From contig CAVQNG010000003.1 in assembly GCA_963713825.1 (NCBI GenBank), forward strand, positions 736,001 to 800,000: DNA of 64,000 nucleotides, in the 5' to 3' direction. The position numbers and the translations under genes were made by a program. This stretch comes from an uncultured Acidobacteriota bacterium (GTDB lineage Bacteria > Acidobacteriota > Thermoanaerobaculia > Multivoradales > JAHEKO01). The first letter of the stretch is position 1. Every line of letters starts with the position of its first letter. Under the pieces are notes generated by a model. It worked only from the letters and a program-made list of their open reading frames with translations. It was not told the origin of the DNA and searched no databases. Shown one piece after another: positions 1 through 13,771 of this stretch.

Positions 1-1951
1 CCAATTGCTCCTGCAAGGTCGCGAGGGCGTGAAAGGAGGGGCGCATTTGAAACGAGCTTTCGGCGTCGAGAAAGATCAAGCCATACCCCTTGGCCACCAG
101 TTGCCACCAGTAGGCCCTCTCTACGAGCCCGGTTCCCAGCACCAAAAGGAAGTACCGGACCAGATAGTTGGCCTGTGCCTCTTCGTCGACCGACACGTCG
201 CGGCCGGCCGGAGAGTGGGGACCCTCCCACAGCGGCCAGTTGAACTCCGTCACCCAGGCTGCCGCGCTGCAACTGCGACCGGTCTCGGCAAGGGCTCTGA
301 GTTGCACCGCCTTGTCGACCGTGTCGAAGCCCAGTTGTCGGTTCTCCGGCGCCCCTCGCCGATCCACATAAAGGAGACTCGAGACGATGTCGAAATGCAC
401 GTCGTCCCAAGGGACGTTGAGGACTCCCGCCAGGCGATGAAACTCGTAGTCGATCACCGCCGGGCCCAGGATCCTGACGCCTTCGTGCCGTCGCAGGATT
501 CGGCTGGCATCGGCCACCAGGTCGAGGTACTCCGCGTAGTTCCAAACGCCCCACTTGCTGCGATTGATCGCCTGGCCAATCTGGAAATCTCTGCCAAATG
601 GTGAGAATCGGTCGGCGAGCTGTTCCACTGCCGCTTTCCATCGACCTCGATCCCGCACCAGGTCCCGATTCTGGGGCAGGGCGAAGAGGAGCTCGATGCC
701 CCGACCGTGCAGCTCGCGAGCCAGGCGCTCCTCACGGTCGTGATCCTCTTGCCAGGGGTGCAATCGCAGAAGAACCCGCTTGATCCCCAGCGCTTCGAGG
801 GACACCAATGCCGCCTCGGAATGCTCATTCATCGGTCTCATCCCGACTCCGAGACCATCCCACCGAACAGGCTCCCGATAGAGACCCTCTTTCAACTCTC
901 GATAGCGACGACGCGCCCTGGGCAGCGAACTCAGGGCAGTGCCGACCTCGCGAGCATGGTGTCCCGAATCCCCCAACCTCACCCCCAGGCGTTGCCAGCG
1001 GCCCGCATGCTGATGGGGTTGATCGGAGAGGTGGTCCCAGACCACCAGGTTCCGGTTCGAGGCGCCCTCGGGAGGCGGCGGGATGTGAGCATGGTGCCCC
1101 CTCGAGACGAAGAGTGACTTGACCCAACGCAAAGGGCTGCGCAGGGCGTCTTTGGTCCAGTTCTTGACCAGAAAACCATGGAAATAGAGCCGATAGAGGC
1201 CTCTCTTGAAGGACGAATCCGCATCTACCTTGCCCCAGTAGGATCGCAACAGCACCTCCTGGAGGTGGGGGTCGAAGATCCGCAGGCGGCACAGGTCCCG
1301 GGTTCGACGGTCCGTCGTCAGGGGACGATCGAGCTGCGACCGATTGAGATCGATCAGGTAGACGGTGGGGGGGGCCGACGCCCTATCTCCGGGAACGATC
1401 AGCAAATTGCCTACCGAAACATCCCGGTGCCAGATGCCCGCATCGTGCAGGCGTCGTAGCGTCTGACCAATTGTGCCAATCAGGATGTCAGCTTCGACCT
1501 GCGGAAAAACCTGTCTGTGCTTGCCCTCCTGCAGAGCTCGAAAGAAGTACCTCGCCTCGATGAAGTCCGGGATCTTCTCACTGACGAAGAAGGAGGGCCC
1601 GTCGATGGCCTCGGACTCGATCAGCAGGATTGGCGCTGGGGTCGGCACCCCGGCGTCGACGACGGCTTGCGCCGCCCTCCAGGATCTTGTCGCCTTGCTG
1701 CCCTTCAAGCGGCGCGACCACCGCGAGCGCAGACCCAGATTTCGAAACTGTTTGACGACGACGGCAAGCGGTCCAGAATTTGTCTCCAGCTCCGAGGCGT
1801 AGAGGTAGTTCCTTCCCCAGTGCAGCGTGTCGCCACCTTGGCCCGGATCGACCAGCTTCTCGATGGCGACGGGCAGGTCGATCGGGCGGCAGGCCGACGA
1901 AACCTCGCCATGCAGCCCTGCTAGAGAGAAGCCTTCGAAGCTGCCCTCCAC
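1..1951 (-). CDS. Partial (3' end off-window) fusion of an InaA/Kdo-WaaP-family LPS kinase-like domain and a clan GH-A-like TIM-barrel domain
   Basis: Minus frame translated by hand. It is absent from the ORF track because no stop lies in the window. Kinase motifs VVVKQF, WHRDVSVGNLL (1400-1432) and LIDLN; GH-like FQIGQAINRSKWGVW (542-586) and WVTEFNW (236-256). GTG at 1951 with GTGAGG RBS upstream. Confidence 0.8.
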   Translation of the reverse strand, partial: MEGSFEGFSLAGLHGEVSSACRPIDLPVAIEKLVDPGQGGDTLHWGRNYLYASELETNSGPLAVVVKQFRNLGLRSRWSRRLKGSKATRSWRAAQAVVDAGVPTPAPILLIESEAIDGPSFFVSEKIPDFIEARYFFRALQEGKHRQVFPQVEADILIGTIGQTLRRLHDAGIWHRDVSVGNLLIVPGDRASAPPTVYLIDLNRSQLDRPLTTDRRTRDLCRLRIFDPHLQEVLLRSYWGKVDADSSFKRGLYRLYFHGFLVKNWTKDALRSPLRWVKSLFVSRGHHAHIPPPPEGASNRNLVVWDHLSDQPHQHAGRWQRLGVRLGDSGHHAREVGTALSSLPRARRRYRELKEGLYREPVRWDGLGVGMRPMNEHSEAALVSLEALGIKRVLLRLHPWQEDHDREERLARELHGRGIELLFALPQNRDLVRDRGRWKAAVEQLADRFSPFGRDFQIGQAINRSKWGVWNYAEYLDLVADASRILRRHEGVRILGPAVIDYEFHRLAGVLNVPWDDVHFDIVSSLLYVDRRGAPENRQLGFDTVDKAVQLRALAETGRSCSAAAWVTEFNWPLWEGPHSPAGRDVSVDEEAQANYLVRYFLLVLGTGLVERAYWWQLVAKGYGLIFLDAESSFQMRPSFHALATLQEQL

Positions 1952-1982
1952 CCACGCGGCCTCACTTGCCGGCGACGCTCCA

Positions 1983-3467
1983 CTATCCGCCAAGGATTTC
2001 GTACTCCTCGGTGCGTAGACCGGCGTCGGACTCGACCCGAATTCGGGTTCCGAGCCGCTCCTCGAGCTCTACCAGAATCGCCCGCTGCTCGCCGTCGAGC
2101 GAAGCGGAGACCTCGGGCCTGACCCGCAGTCGCAGCGGTCGGCCACCCAGCTCGGCGATTCTCTCCAACACTTTGCGGCGCAGCTCGAGCAGTACCGTGA
2201 TCTCGCTCTTCACCCTACCGAGACCGCGGCAGGTGGGACAGGGCCGCGTCAACTGGCTCACCAGATCGCTGCGGCTGCGTTTGCGGGTGATCTGCACCAG
2301 CCCGAAGTCCGACAGGCCGCCGATACGGATTCGCGCCCGGTCGTTGGCCAGCTCGCCCTCGAGCGCCGCCATGACCTGGGCCTGATGATCGGGGTTCTCC
2401 ATGTCGATGAAGTCAGCCACCACGATACCGCCGAGGTCCCGGAGCCGAAGCTGGCGAGCGATCTCACGGGTCGCCTCCATATTCGTCTTCAGGGCCGTCT
2501 CTTTCAGATCCACCGCCCCCACGTAGCGACCCGTGTTGACGTCGATCGCTACCAGGGCCTCAGTGGGACTCACCACCAGATAGCCGCCCGACGGCAGCCA
2601 CACTCTGCTACCGAGAGCTCGTTCCAACTCCGACTCGACTCCGAATCGCTCGAACAGCGTGCCTTCGGGAATGTGCAGTTGGACGCGGCCAGCACTGTCA
2701 GGGGCCACCTGTCTCAGGTATCCCAGCACCTGCTCGTAGACCTCGGCTCCGCTGAGCCACAGGACCTCGAAGCGGGCATCGAAGAAGTCCCGCACGGCTC
2801 TCATCGGCAGCTCCAGGTCCCGGTGCAGGAGCGCCGGTGCCTTGACTTGCCGGGAACGTTGATCGATTTCGTCCCACTGGCGGGTGAGGCGCTCGAGGTC
2901 CGCTTCGAGAACGCTGGCCACCGAGCCTGCGGCCACCGTCCGCACGATGAGGCCCCTCTCGGAAGGACGAAGTGCGGTCAGTAACTCTTCCAGACGCTGA
3001 CGCTCCTCACCATCCTCGATCCGCCGCGAGATACCTAGGTCCGTGCTGGCAGGCAGCAGTACCAGATAGCGACCCGGCAAGGTGATGAAGGTCGTGATCC
3101 GCGCTCCTTTGTTGGGCAGGGGCTCCTTGACCACCTGCACCAACACCTCCTGTCCCTCGGCGATGAGCTGGTTGATGGGGCGCTCGAGCACCCCCGGCTC
3201 GACGTCCTGTTCGAGTTCGGCCTCCTCGACCCCTTGCAGCTGGTCTTGGATGTCTCCTGCATACAGAAAGGCGTCCCGTTCCAGGCCTATGTCCACGAAA
3301 GCGGCCTCGATACCGGGCAGCACGCGCGTCACTCGGCCCTTGAAGACCGCACCCACCAGCCTCTCGTCCCGCCGTCGCTCGATGCGGACTTCCATGAGAC
3401 GACCCTCCTCCAGAACGGCGACCCGACTCTGGTGGGCGTCACTTTCGATGAGCAGTTGGTGGCTCAC
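1983..3467 (-). CDS. rng: Ribonuclease G/E family (Rne/Rng)
   Basis: S1 domain (GRVTRVLPGIEAAFVDIG), TEALVAIDVNTG, RLRDLGGIVVADFIDM and Zn-link CPTC; lies downstream of the mre genes. Confidence 0.93.
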   Translation of the reverse strand: MSHQLLIESDAHQSRVAVLEEGRLMEVRIERRRDERLVGAVFKGRVTRVLPGIEAAFVDIGLERDAFLYAGDIQDQLQGVEEAELEQDVEPGVLERPINQLIAEGQEVLVQVVKEPLPNKGARITTFITLPGRYLVLLPASTDLGISRRIEDGEERQRLEELLTALRPSERGLIVRTVAAGSVASVLEADLERLTRQWDEIDQRSRQVKAPALLHRDLELPMRAVRDFFDARFEVLWLSGAEVYEQVLGYLRQVAPDSAGRVQLHIPEGTLFERFGVESELERALGSRVWLPSGGYLVVSPTEALVAIDVNTGRYVGAVDLKETALKTNMEATREIARQLRLRDLGGIVVADFIDMENPDHQAQVMAALEGELANDRARIRIGGLSDFGLVQITRKRSRSDLVSQLTRPCPTCRGLGRVKSEITVLLELRRKVLERIAELGGRPLRLRVRPEVSASLDGEQRAILVELEERLGTRIRVESDAGLRTEEYEILGG

Positions 3468-3472
3468 GGGCC

Positions 3473-3654
3473 TAGCCCGACCCTCTCACCAGCTTCGTGG
3501 CGAAAGGGCGAAGATGTCTGGAGATACAAGGCCTGACAACCGAAGCCCCCGCAGGCGTACTTGAAGTACGTCGAGGAGGGATGAGGGCGGAAAACGTAGT
3601 AGCTTCGGGCATATTCGAACTTGCAGTAGAACTGCTGGTGAGAGGGTCGGGCTA
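3473..3654. mobile_element. MITE-like non-autonomous element of 182 bp with perfect 21-bp terminal inverted repeats ending in TA
   Basis: tagcccgaccctctcaccagc (3473-3493) is the exact reverse complement of 3634-3654. Further internal pairing cgaagatgtctggag/cttcgggcatattcg and apical hairpin cgtact-tga-agtacg. Confidence 0.7.
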
Positions 3655-4794
3655 TCGATTCACGTGTCGCCTGAAGTCTATCCCCAGGATCAGACCTGTG
3701 GCGATGAAGTTGGCCAGTGTGAACGAGCCGCCGTAGGAGAGAAACGGCAAGGGAATGCCGGTAATCGGCACCAGGCCGACCACCATGGCCGTGTTGTAGA
3801 GGACGTGAAACGCGAAGCCCGACAGGAGCCCCACGATCAGTAGTATTCCGACGCGGTCACGGGCTCGCAGCGCCACCTTCGTTCCGTTGAGGATGTAGAG
3901 CGCATACAGGATCAACACCACGGCCACTCCAATGAAGCCCCACTCTTCCGCCAGAACGGCGAAGATGAAGTCGGTGTGGCGGGCGGGCAGAAAGCGCAAT
4001 TGGCTCTGGGTACCCTGCTGATAACCGCGGCCGTAGAGCTGGCCCGAACCGACCGCGATCTTGCTCTGGCGCAGTTGATAGCCGGTGCCTTGAGGATCAC
4101 TGCCGGGTGACATGAAGGTGCGGACCCGGTCCTTCTGATAGTCCAGCATCACCAGATTCCACCCCACCGCCGCCAGCACAATCGCGACAGCGGCACCGAT
4201 CGCGAAATACCGCCATGGCACCCCCGCCACTACCAACATGCCGGCCAGCATGGGTACAAACATGACTGCTCCACCGAGGTCCGACTCCAGAGCTACGAGC
4301 ACCATTGGCAGGGCTACAATCGAGGTTGCCGCCACGATCTGCCCAAAGCTCAAGAATCGCCGGTTGATTCCAGCCAGATAGCGAGCCAGCAGAAGTGCTG
4401 TGGCGATCTTGGCGAACTCCGAAGGCTGTAGGCGGTAGGCACCGACTCCCAGCCAGCTGCGCGCACCACCAGCCTCCTTGCCGACCACCAAAACCAACAC
4501 GAGCAAGACCATTGTGACGACGTAGATGGGTATGGAGAACTTCGTCAGGAATTGATAGTCGAAGCTGAAGGCCACGAAAAAGACCAGCAGACCCAAGCCC
4601 AGCCAGATGGCCTGGCGTGGCAGGTAATCGATCGACAGCTCGGAGCTGGCGCTGTGAACCGTGATCAGGCCAATCGCCGCGATCAGCAACGCCGCGATCA
4701 GCAACGCCCACCGAACAGTGGCCAGTTGCCTCAGGAACGGCCGTTCGTCAGGAAGACTGGCCGTCGTCGAGATAGTCGCGGAAGTAGATCTCAT
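3652..4794 (-). CDS. rodA: Rod shape-determining protein RodA (SEDS family)
   Basis: GARSW, QPSEFAK, DLG, GYQLRQSKIAVGSG, HTDFIF, GIPLPFLSYGGS. Start uncertain (ORF extends to 4839). Confidence 0.95.
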   Translation of the reverse strand: MRSTSATISTTASLPDERPFLRQLATVRWALLIAALLIAAIGLITVHSASSELSIDYLPRQAIWLGLGLLVFFVAFSFDYQFLTKFSIPIYVVTMVLLVLVLVVGKEAGGARSWLGVGAYRLQPSEFAKIATALLLARYLAGINRRFLSFGQIVAATSIVALPMVLVALESDLGGAVMFVPMLAGMLVVAGVPWRYFAIGAAVAIVLAAVGWNLVMLDYQKDRVRTFMSPGSDPQGTGYQLRQSKIAVGSGQLYGRGYQQGTQSQLRFLPARHTDFIFAVLAEEWGFIGVAVVLILYALYILNGTKVALRARDRVGILLIVGLLSGFAFHVLYNTAMVVGLVPITGIPLPFLSYGGSFTLANFIATGLILGIDFRRHVNR

Positions 4795-6559
4795 AGAGCC
4801 GTTTCGCCAAAGGTGCTGCAGCCGTGGAGCCGTGCCCACCGTGCTCCACCAATACGACCACTACCAGTTGTTTGTCCCCCGCAGTTGCGTAGGAGGCAAA
4901 CCAGGCGTGATCTCTTTGCTCGTAGGGCAAGTCCTCATTCTTGATCCAGGTCTTCTGCTGGATGACCTGCACCGTACCGGTCTTGCCCGCTACCTCGATT
5001 CCCTCAACCCTGGCCGCCGAGCCGGTGCCTCGTTGGTCGTTGACGACTGACCATAGCGCCGCCCCGATGCGCTCGAAGACCCAGGGCTCCACCGTCAGCT
5101 GCTCTCTCTCGACTGCAGGGTTCTCGGTGACATGCGGTTTCACCTTGTAGCCGCTGTTGGCGACCGCCGCCATGAGCGAAGCGATCTGCAGCGGTGTCAC
5201 CAGCACTGGCCCCTGTCCGATGGCGACCGAAATGGTCTCACCCGGATACCAGGGCGTGCCCCGCCGTCGCTCACTCCAGTCGGGATCGGGAACCAGTCCT
5301 TCTCGCTCACCCAGCAGGTCGATACCGGTTGGACTCCCCAGGCCCAGTAGCCGCGAGTACTTGGCGATGCGCTCGATCCCGAGTTCCTGACCCAGGTGAT
5401 AAAAGTAGACGTCGCACGACTCCTTGATGGCTCGATGTAGCGCCACGTGGCCGTGGCCTGCCTGCTTCCAGCACCGCCAGCGCCGGTTGTAGATCCTCGT
5501 CGAGCCGCCACACCAGACGGTCTCCTCCGGCTCTACAATGCCCTCGCTCAAGCCCGCCGCGGCCATCACGATCTTGAACACCGACCCGGGCGAATAGGTG
5601 TTCTGGATGACGCGATTCTGGAGCGGATCCTCGGGCGCCTCGATCAAATTGCGCCAGGCGTCTCGGTCCAGCCGCCGGGAGAAGATGTTGGGGTTGTACG
5701 AAGGGGCCGAGACCATCGCCCGGATCTCTCCCGTTGCCGGGTCGAGAGCCACCGCCGCTCCAGCCTTGCCTTCGAAGTATCGAGCCGCTTCCTGCTGCAG
5801 GTCCAGATCCAGGCCAAGATTCAGGCTTTGACCCGACTTCGCCGGATCTCGCCCGTATTCCTCCTTGAATCGACCCCTGGAATCTACGATGACGGCTCGT
5901 TGTCCATCGACACCTCGTAGCCTGTCGTCGAATGCCAGCTCGACACCCTTGCGGCCAATCAGGTCACCCGGTTTGAGGGAGTTCGCCTCGGTCGCCAGGT
6001 CGCGCTCGTTGACCTCCCCGAGATAGCCGAGAGTGTGGGCGGTAATCGGCCCATTTCGATACAGGCGCAGATGGCCGACCTCGATCGCGAACTCCGGAAA
6101 TTCGAGTGCAGCCGCCTCGATTGCCGCCACCTCGGAGAGCGACAGAGCCTCGGCTACGAGAATCGGCCGGAAAGAGCCAGCTCCTCCCCCTTCATCGAGA
6201 GCCTGCGCAAGCTCGCTCGCCGGCTGGTCCAGGCAGCGCTCGGCAAATGCCAGAGCCATCTCCAGGTCCTGGCTGCGAGAGGGATCGAGCACCAGGTTGT
6301 AGGAAGCGACGTTCTCCGCCACCAACCGTCCCTGCCGCTCGTAGATCAGTCCCCGGGGCGCCTTCAAGGGCAGCTCTCTCACCCTGTTGTTTTCGGCTAG
6401 CTCCAGGTAGTAGTCACCGGAGACAACCTGCACGAACCAGAAACGGGCAGCGATCAAGAGGAGGAGGCCAAAGAGCACCAGTTGCAGCCTCGGTAGGCGC
6501 TGGAGAAGGTCCTCTTTGTGTTCGCGAACTTGCCTCATCGAATCTTGGCCTCCAATCAT
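4748..6559 (-). CDS. mrdA: Penicillin-binding protein 2
   Basis: APRGLIYE, PGSVFK (SxxK), SCD (SxN variant), KTGT. Start at 6559 (ATGA overlap with mreD) or 6538 (GGAGG RBS). Confidence 0.95.
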   Translation of the reverse strand: MIGGQDSMRQVREHKEDLLQRLPRLQLVLFGLLLLIAARFWFVQVVSGDYYLELAENNRVRELPLKAPRGLIYERQGRLVAENVASYNLVLDPSRSQDLEMALAFAERCLDQPASELAQALDEGGGAGSFRPILVAEALSLSEVAAIEAAALEFPEFAIEVGHLRLYRNGPITAHTLGYLGEVNERDLATEANSLKPGDLIGRKGVELAFDDRLRGVDGQRAVIVDSRGRFKEEYGRDPAKSGQSLNLGLDLDLQQEAARYFEGKAGAAVALDPATGEIRAMVSAPSYNPNIFSRRLDRDAWRNLIEAPEDPLQNRVIQNTYSPGSVFKIVMAAAGLSEGIVEPEETVWCGGSTRIYNRRWRCWKQAGHGHVALHRAIKESCDVYFYHLGQELGIERIAKYSRLLGLGSPTGIDLLGEREGLVPDPDWSERRRGTPWYPGETISVAIGQGPVLVTPLQIASLMAAVANSGYKVKPHVTENPAVEREQLTVEPWVFERIGAALWSVVNDQRGTGSAARVEGIEVAGKTGTVQVIQQKTWIKNEDLPYEQRDHAWFASYATAGDKQLVVVVLVEHGGHGSTAAAPLAKRLYEIYFRDYLDDGQSS

Positions 6560-7060
6560 CCCTCGAAGCGGATCCTGGTCTTGCGCGTCCGGCGCCACAT
6601 CTCGACCCGCGATCGCATCCGTAGATTGGCCAGGTACAGAGCCCCTCCCAACAATCCGGTCGTGCCGACCTTAACCAGAATCCAAGAATACTGCGGCAGA
6701 TCTGCGTCGGCGAGAAACAGCAATGAGATGCCCAGGAGTATCAGTTGCTGGGCTGCTGCTGCGACGGCGAAGACCAGCAGCGAGCTGGCAGGTCGCTGAA
6801 TCACCAGCCGCTGGGCCGTAATCGCGGTGCCATATCCAATCATCGTATTGGCGATCCCGTAGAGACCGAAGTAGCCCCCTGTCACACCATCCGCAACCAG
6901 GCCAGCCACCATTCCCCCTGTCATACCGGCGACGCTGTTGCCGTCCATCGCGTTGAAGACGACGATCACGAGGAAGAAATCCACCGCCAGAGAGAACTGC
7001 GGAAACAAACTCACTCCCGCCACGTCCAAGAGCGTCGCCACCGCCAGTGCCACCACAAAC

Positions 7061-7074
<14 letters not shown>
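6556..7074 (-). CDS. mreD: Rod shape-determining protein MreD
   Basis: Hydrophobic 172-aa membrane protein between mreC and mrdA. Confidence 0.85.
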
Positions 7075-11052
<3,978 letters not shown>

Positions 11053-11079
11053 TCCAGAGAGACTACAGAGCCGATGGTG

Positions 11080-11107
11080 CCCAGGACCCAAGACCCAGGA
11101 CCCAGGA
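11080..11107 (+). repeat. Heptamer tandem repeat (CCCAGGA)x4, one copy CCCAAGA
   Basis: Seen directly upstream of ruvA; the same heptamer occurs in the 26.5-kb repeat cluster. Confidence 0.8.
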
Positions 11108-11114
11108 CTCTTTG

Positions 11115-11711
11115 ATGATCGGCTTCCTCCACGGCAAGGTTCGGCGCTCGACTCCGGAGCGCGTGATCCTCGACGTCCAAGGGGTCGGCTACGACGTTCA
11201 CATCCCGCTCTCGACCTACTACGAAATCGACAAGCTCGACGCCGATTCCGTTATTGGCCTGTTCGTCCATACCCACGTCCGCGAGGACGCCATCGAGCTC
11301 TTCGGCTTCTGGAGCGAACGGGAGAAGCTGCTCTTCGAGAAGCTGATCGCAGTGAGCGGCATCGGTCCACGGCTGGCTCGTGTCATTCTCTCGGGGATGG
11401 CGCCCGACGACCTTCTCGCCGCCCTGGCGACGGGGGACACTGCTCGACTGGCAACGATTCCGGGTATCGGCAAGAAGACCGCTCAGCGGATGATCGTCGA
11501 TCTCAAGGATCGGGTTCAGGAGCTGGCCGCCGAGCTGCCTCAGGTGACGGCAACGGCGCCGCTCGAAGAGGACCTCGTCCTGGCCCTGGTCAACCTCGGC
11601 TATCGTGAGGGCGAGGCCCAGCGCGCTGTGGCGCAGGCCCGCAGCGAGAGCCCCGACGCCACCTCTCATGAATTGTTGCGCGCCAGCCTGCAGAAGCTGT
11701 CTCGCGTCTAG
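11115..11711 (+). CDS. ruvA: Holliday junction branch migration protein RuvA
   Basis: [39 protein letters not shown]. Confidence 0.97.
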   Translation: MIGFLHGKVRRSTPERVILDVQGVGYDVHIPLSTYYEIDKLDADSVIGLFVHTHVREDAIELFGFWSEREKLLFEKLIAVSGIGPRLARVILSGMAPDDLLAALATGDTARLATIPGIGKKTAQRMIVDLKDRVQELAAELPQVTATAPLEEDLVLALVNLGYREGEAQRAVAQARSESPDATSHELLRASLQKLSRV

Positions 11712-11761
11712 GCGTCTTCTCCTTTTCGCGCCCTCCCTCCCAGGGCGGCTACAATTGCACC

Positions 11762-12787
11762 GTGCCCAGCGAGCGCAACATCCTCTCCGGAGCGCCCGAA
11801 CCCGAAGAGCTCGGGATCGAGCAGTCTCTGCGACCCCAGACGCTCGAAGACTATGTCGGGCAGGAACGGATCGTCAGCAAGCTGCGCGTCTTCATGCAGG
11901 CGGCGCGGGAACGCCGAGAAGCGTTGGACCACGTGCTGCTCTTCGGACCGCCCGGCCTGGGCAAGACCACCCTGGCGCACATCGTCGCCCGGGAGATGGG
12001 CACTTCGATTCGTAGCACTTCAGGCCCTGTACTGGAGAGGCCTGGCGATCTCGCCGCCATCCTGACGAATCTCGAGCCTGGTCAGGTGCTCTTCATCGAC
12101 GAGATGCACCGACTTGGTCCGACCATCGAAGAGATTCTCTACCCGGCCCTCGAGGACTACCGGCTCGACCTCGTGATCGGCCAGGGTCCAGGGGCCCGAA
12201 CCATGCAGATCGAGCTGCGCCCCTTTACTCTCGTGGGAGCCACGACCCGAGCCGGACTCATCACCGGTCCCTTGCGAGCTCGATTCGGTATCGTGCATCG
12301 TCTCGACTTCTACGAGCCACCCGAGCTCGCAGAGATCGCCCGACGCTCGGCTCAATTACTGGAGATTCAGATCGAAGACGATGGCGCGGAAGAGATTGCA
12401 CGACGCAGCCGCGGCACTCCGAGAATCGCCAACCGGCTGTTGCGCCGGGTGCGCGATTTCGCTCAGGTCAAAGGGGATGGGGTTATCAACCAGCAGAGTG
12501 CCGCTAGGGCGCTCGAGATGCTGGAAGTCGACGAGCTCGGCTTCGACGAGGTGGACCGCAAGATCCTCACGACCCTGATCGAGCACTACCAGGGCGGACC
12601 AGCCGGGATCGGCGCCATCGCGGCGGCGGTAGGCGAAGACCGGGGCACGATCGAAGACCTCTACGAGCCCTACCTCATTCAGCAGGGTTTTCTGCAACGC
12701 ACCAAACAGGGGCGGATCGCGACACCCCGAGCCTATGAGCACCTCGGCCAGCCACCGCCGTCCGACTCGAACGCCCGTCTCTTCTAG
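11762..12787 (+). CDS. ruvB: Holliday junction helicase RuvB
   Basis: [48 protein letters not shown]. Confidence 0.98.
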   Translation: MPSERNILSGAPEPEELGIEQSLRPQTLEDYVGQERIVSKLRVFMQAARERREALDHVLLFGPPGLGKTTLAHIVAREMGTSIRSTSGPVLERPGDLAAILTNLEPGQVLFIDEMHRLGPTIEEILYPALEDYRLDLVIGQGPGARTMQIELRPFTLVGATTRAGLITGPLRARFGIVHRLDFYEPPELAEIARRSAQLLEIQIEDDGAEEIARRSRGTPRIANRLLRRVRDFAQVKGDGVINQQSAARALEMLEVDELGFDEVDRKILTTLIEHYQGGPAGIGAIAAAVGEDRGTIEDLYEPYLIQQGFLQRTKQGRIATPRAYEHLGQPPPSDSNARLF

Positions 12788-12814
12788 CCTCACTCGGCTT
12801 CACGTGGTGGCGCT

Positions 12815-13702
12815 GTGAGCTCAGCCTTCTTGATCTTCAACCCCCGGGCTGGGCGGTGGCGTACACCCCAGCTGGTGGACCAGATTCTCGAAGTTCTCGC
12901 TCATCCTGAACAGAGCATCGAACCCTGGCCCACGCGCTCCCCCGGTGACGCGACACGCCTCGCCAGACGGGCTGTGGAGGCGGGCGCGGAGAGGGTGTAT
13001 GCCTTCGGGGGTGACGGAACCCTGCGAGAAACAGCGGCTGGCCTCTTGGGCTCCGCGGTCACACTAGGCACCATCCCTGGCGGCACGGCCAACGTGATCC
13101 CGATCGCACTCGGACTGCCTCCGAGACCCGTCGCGGCAGCCAGACGGCTGAGAGAGGCGACCCCTCTTGAAATGGACGTCGGTCGGTGCGGCTCCGAGAT
13201 CTTCCTCATGCAGGCCTCCGGCGGCTTGGACGCCCGGGCGTTGCACCACCTCGACCCCGTCCAGAAGCGCTATCTCGGCAAGATCGCCGTCGCCTTGGCC
13301 GGTCTTTCTCAATGGCACAAGTACGACTATCCCGAGCTCGAGTTGTCTGCCGACGGCCGGGCACTCAGCGCATCCTTTTTCGCCATCTGTAACCTGCCCT
13401 ATTACGGGGGTCGCTTTCGATTGGCCCCGGCCGCCCGACTCGACGATCACCAGCTGCACCTGGTTCTATTTCACGGCAGGGGCCGGGCGGAGACCCTGGC
13501 CTTCGCGCGTGACCTGGGCCTCGGAAGACACGTAGCCCGAAACGACGTAGAGGTCCTCCGTGTCAAGGAAGTCGAATTGAAGGCACCGCCCGGTCTAGCC
13601 CTGCAGTTGGACGGCGATGCGCTGCGGTCGGAGCTGCCCGTCACTGTTCGCCTGGCCGCGGAGCGGCTCCGTGTTCTGGCGCTGCCGGGTGCTGCGGTCT
13701 GA
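12815..13702 (+). CDS. Diacylglycerol kinase-family (YegS/BmrU) lipid kinase
   Basis: NPRAG, GGDGT, PGGTAN, QLDGD motifs. Confidence 0.9.
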   Translation: MSSAFLIFNPRAGRWRTPQLVDQILEVLAHPEQSIEPWPTRSPGDATRLARRAVEAGAERVYAFGGDGTLRETAAGLLGSAVTLGTIPGGTANVIPIALGLPPRPVAAARRLREATPLEMDVGRCGSEIFLMQASGGLDARALHHLDPVQKRYLGKIAVALAGLSQWHKYDYPELELSADGRALSASFFAICNLPYYGGRFRLAPAARLDDHQLHLVLFHGRGRAETLAFARDLGLGRHVARNDVEVLRVKEVELKAPPGLALQLDGDALRSELPVTVRLAAERLRVLALPGAAV

Positions 13703-13771
13703 CGGACTTCTTCTCGACCCTCGAACCGCACACGGCGTTATGATGCTCGAAGATTGGAGATCCTCTCAAGC

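Noticed and set aside
5-1924. Plus-strand ORFs 5-604, 707-1117, 1178-1459 and 1517-1924
   Set aside because: All are the same-register antisense of the real minus-strand kinase-GH gene.
3473-3654. 6S RNA (SsrS) interpretation of the 182-nt rod
   Set aside because: Size and fold fit, but perfect terminal IRs with TA ends overlapping a stop codon and no recognisable 6S motifs favour a MITE. An Rfam RF00013 scan would decide.
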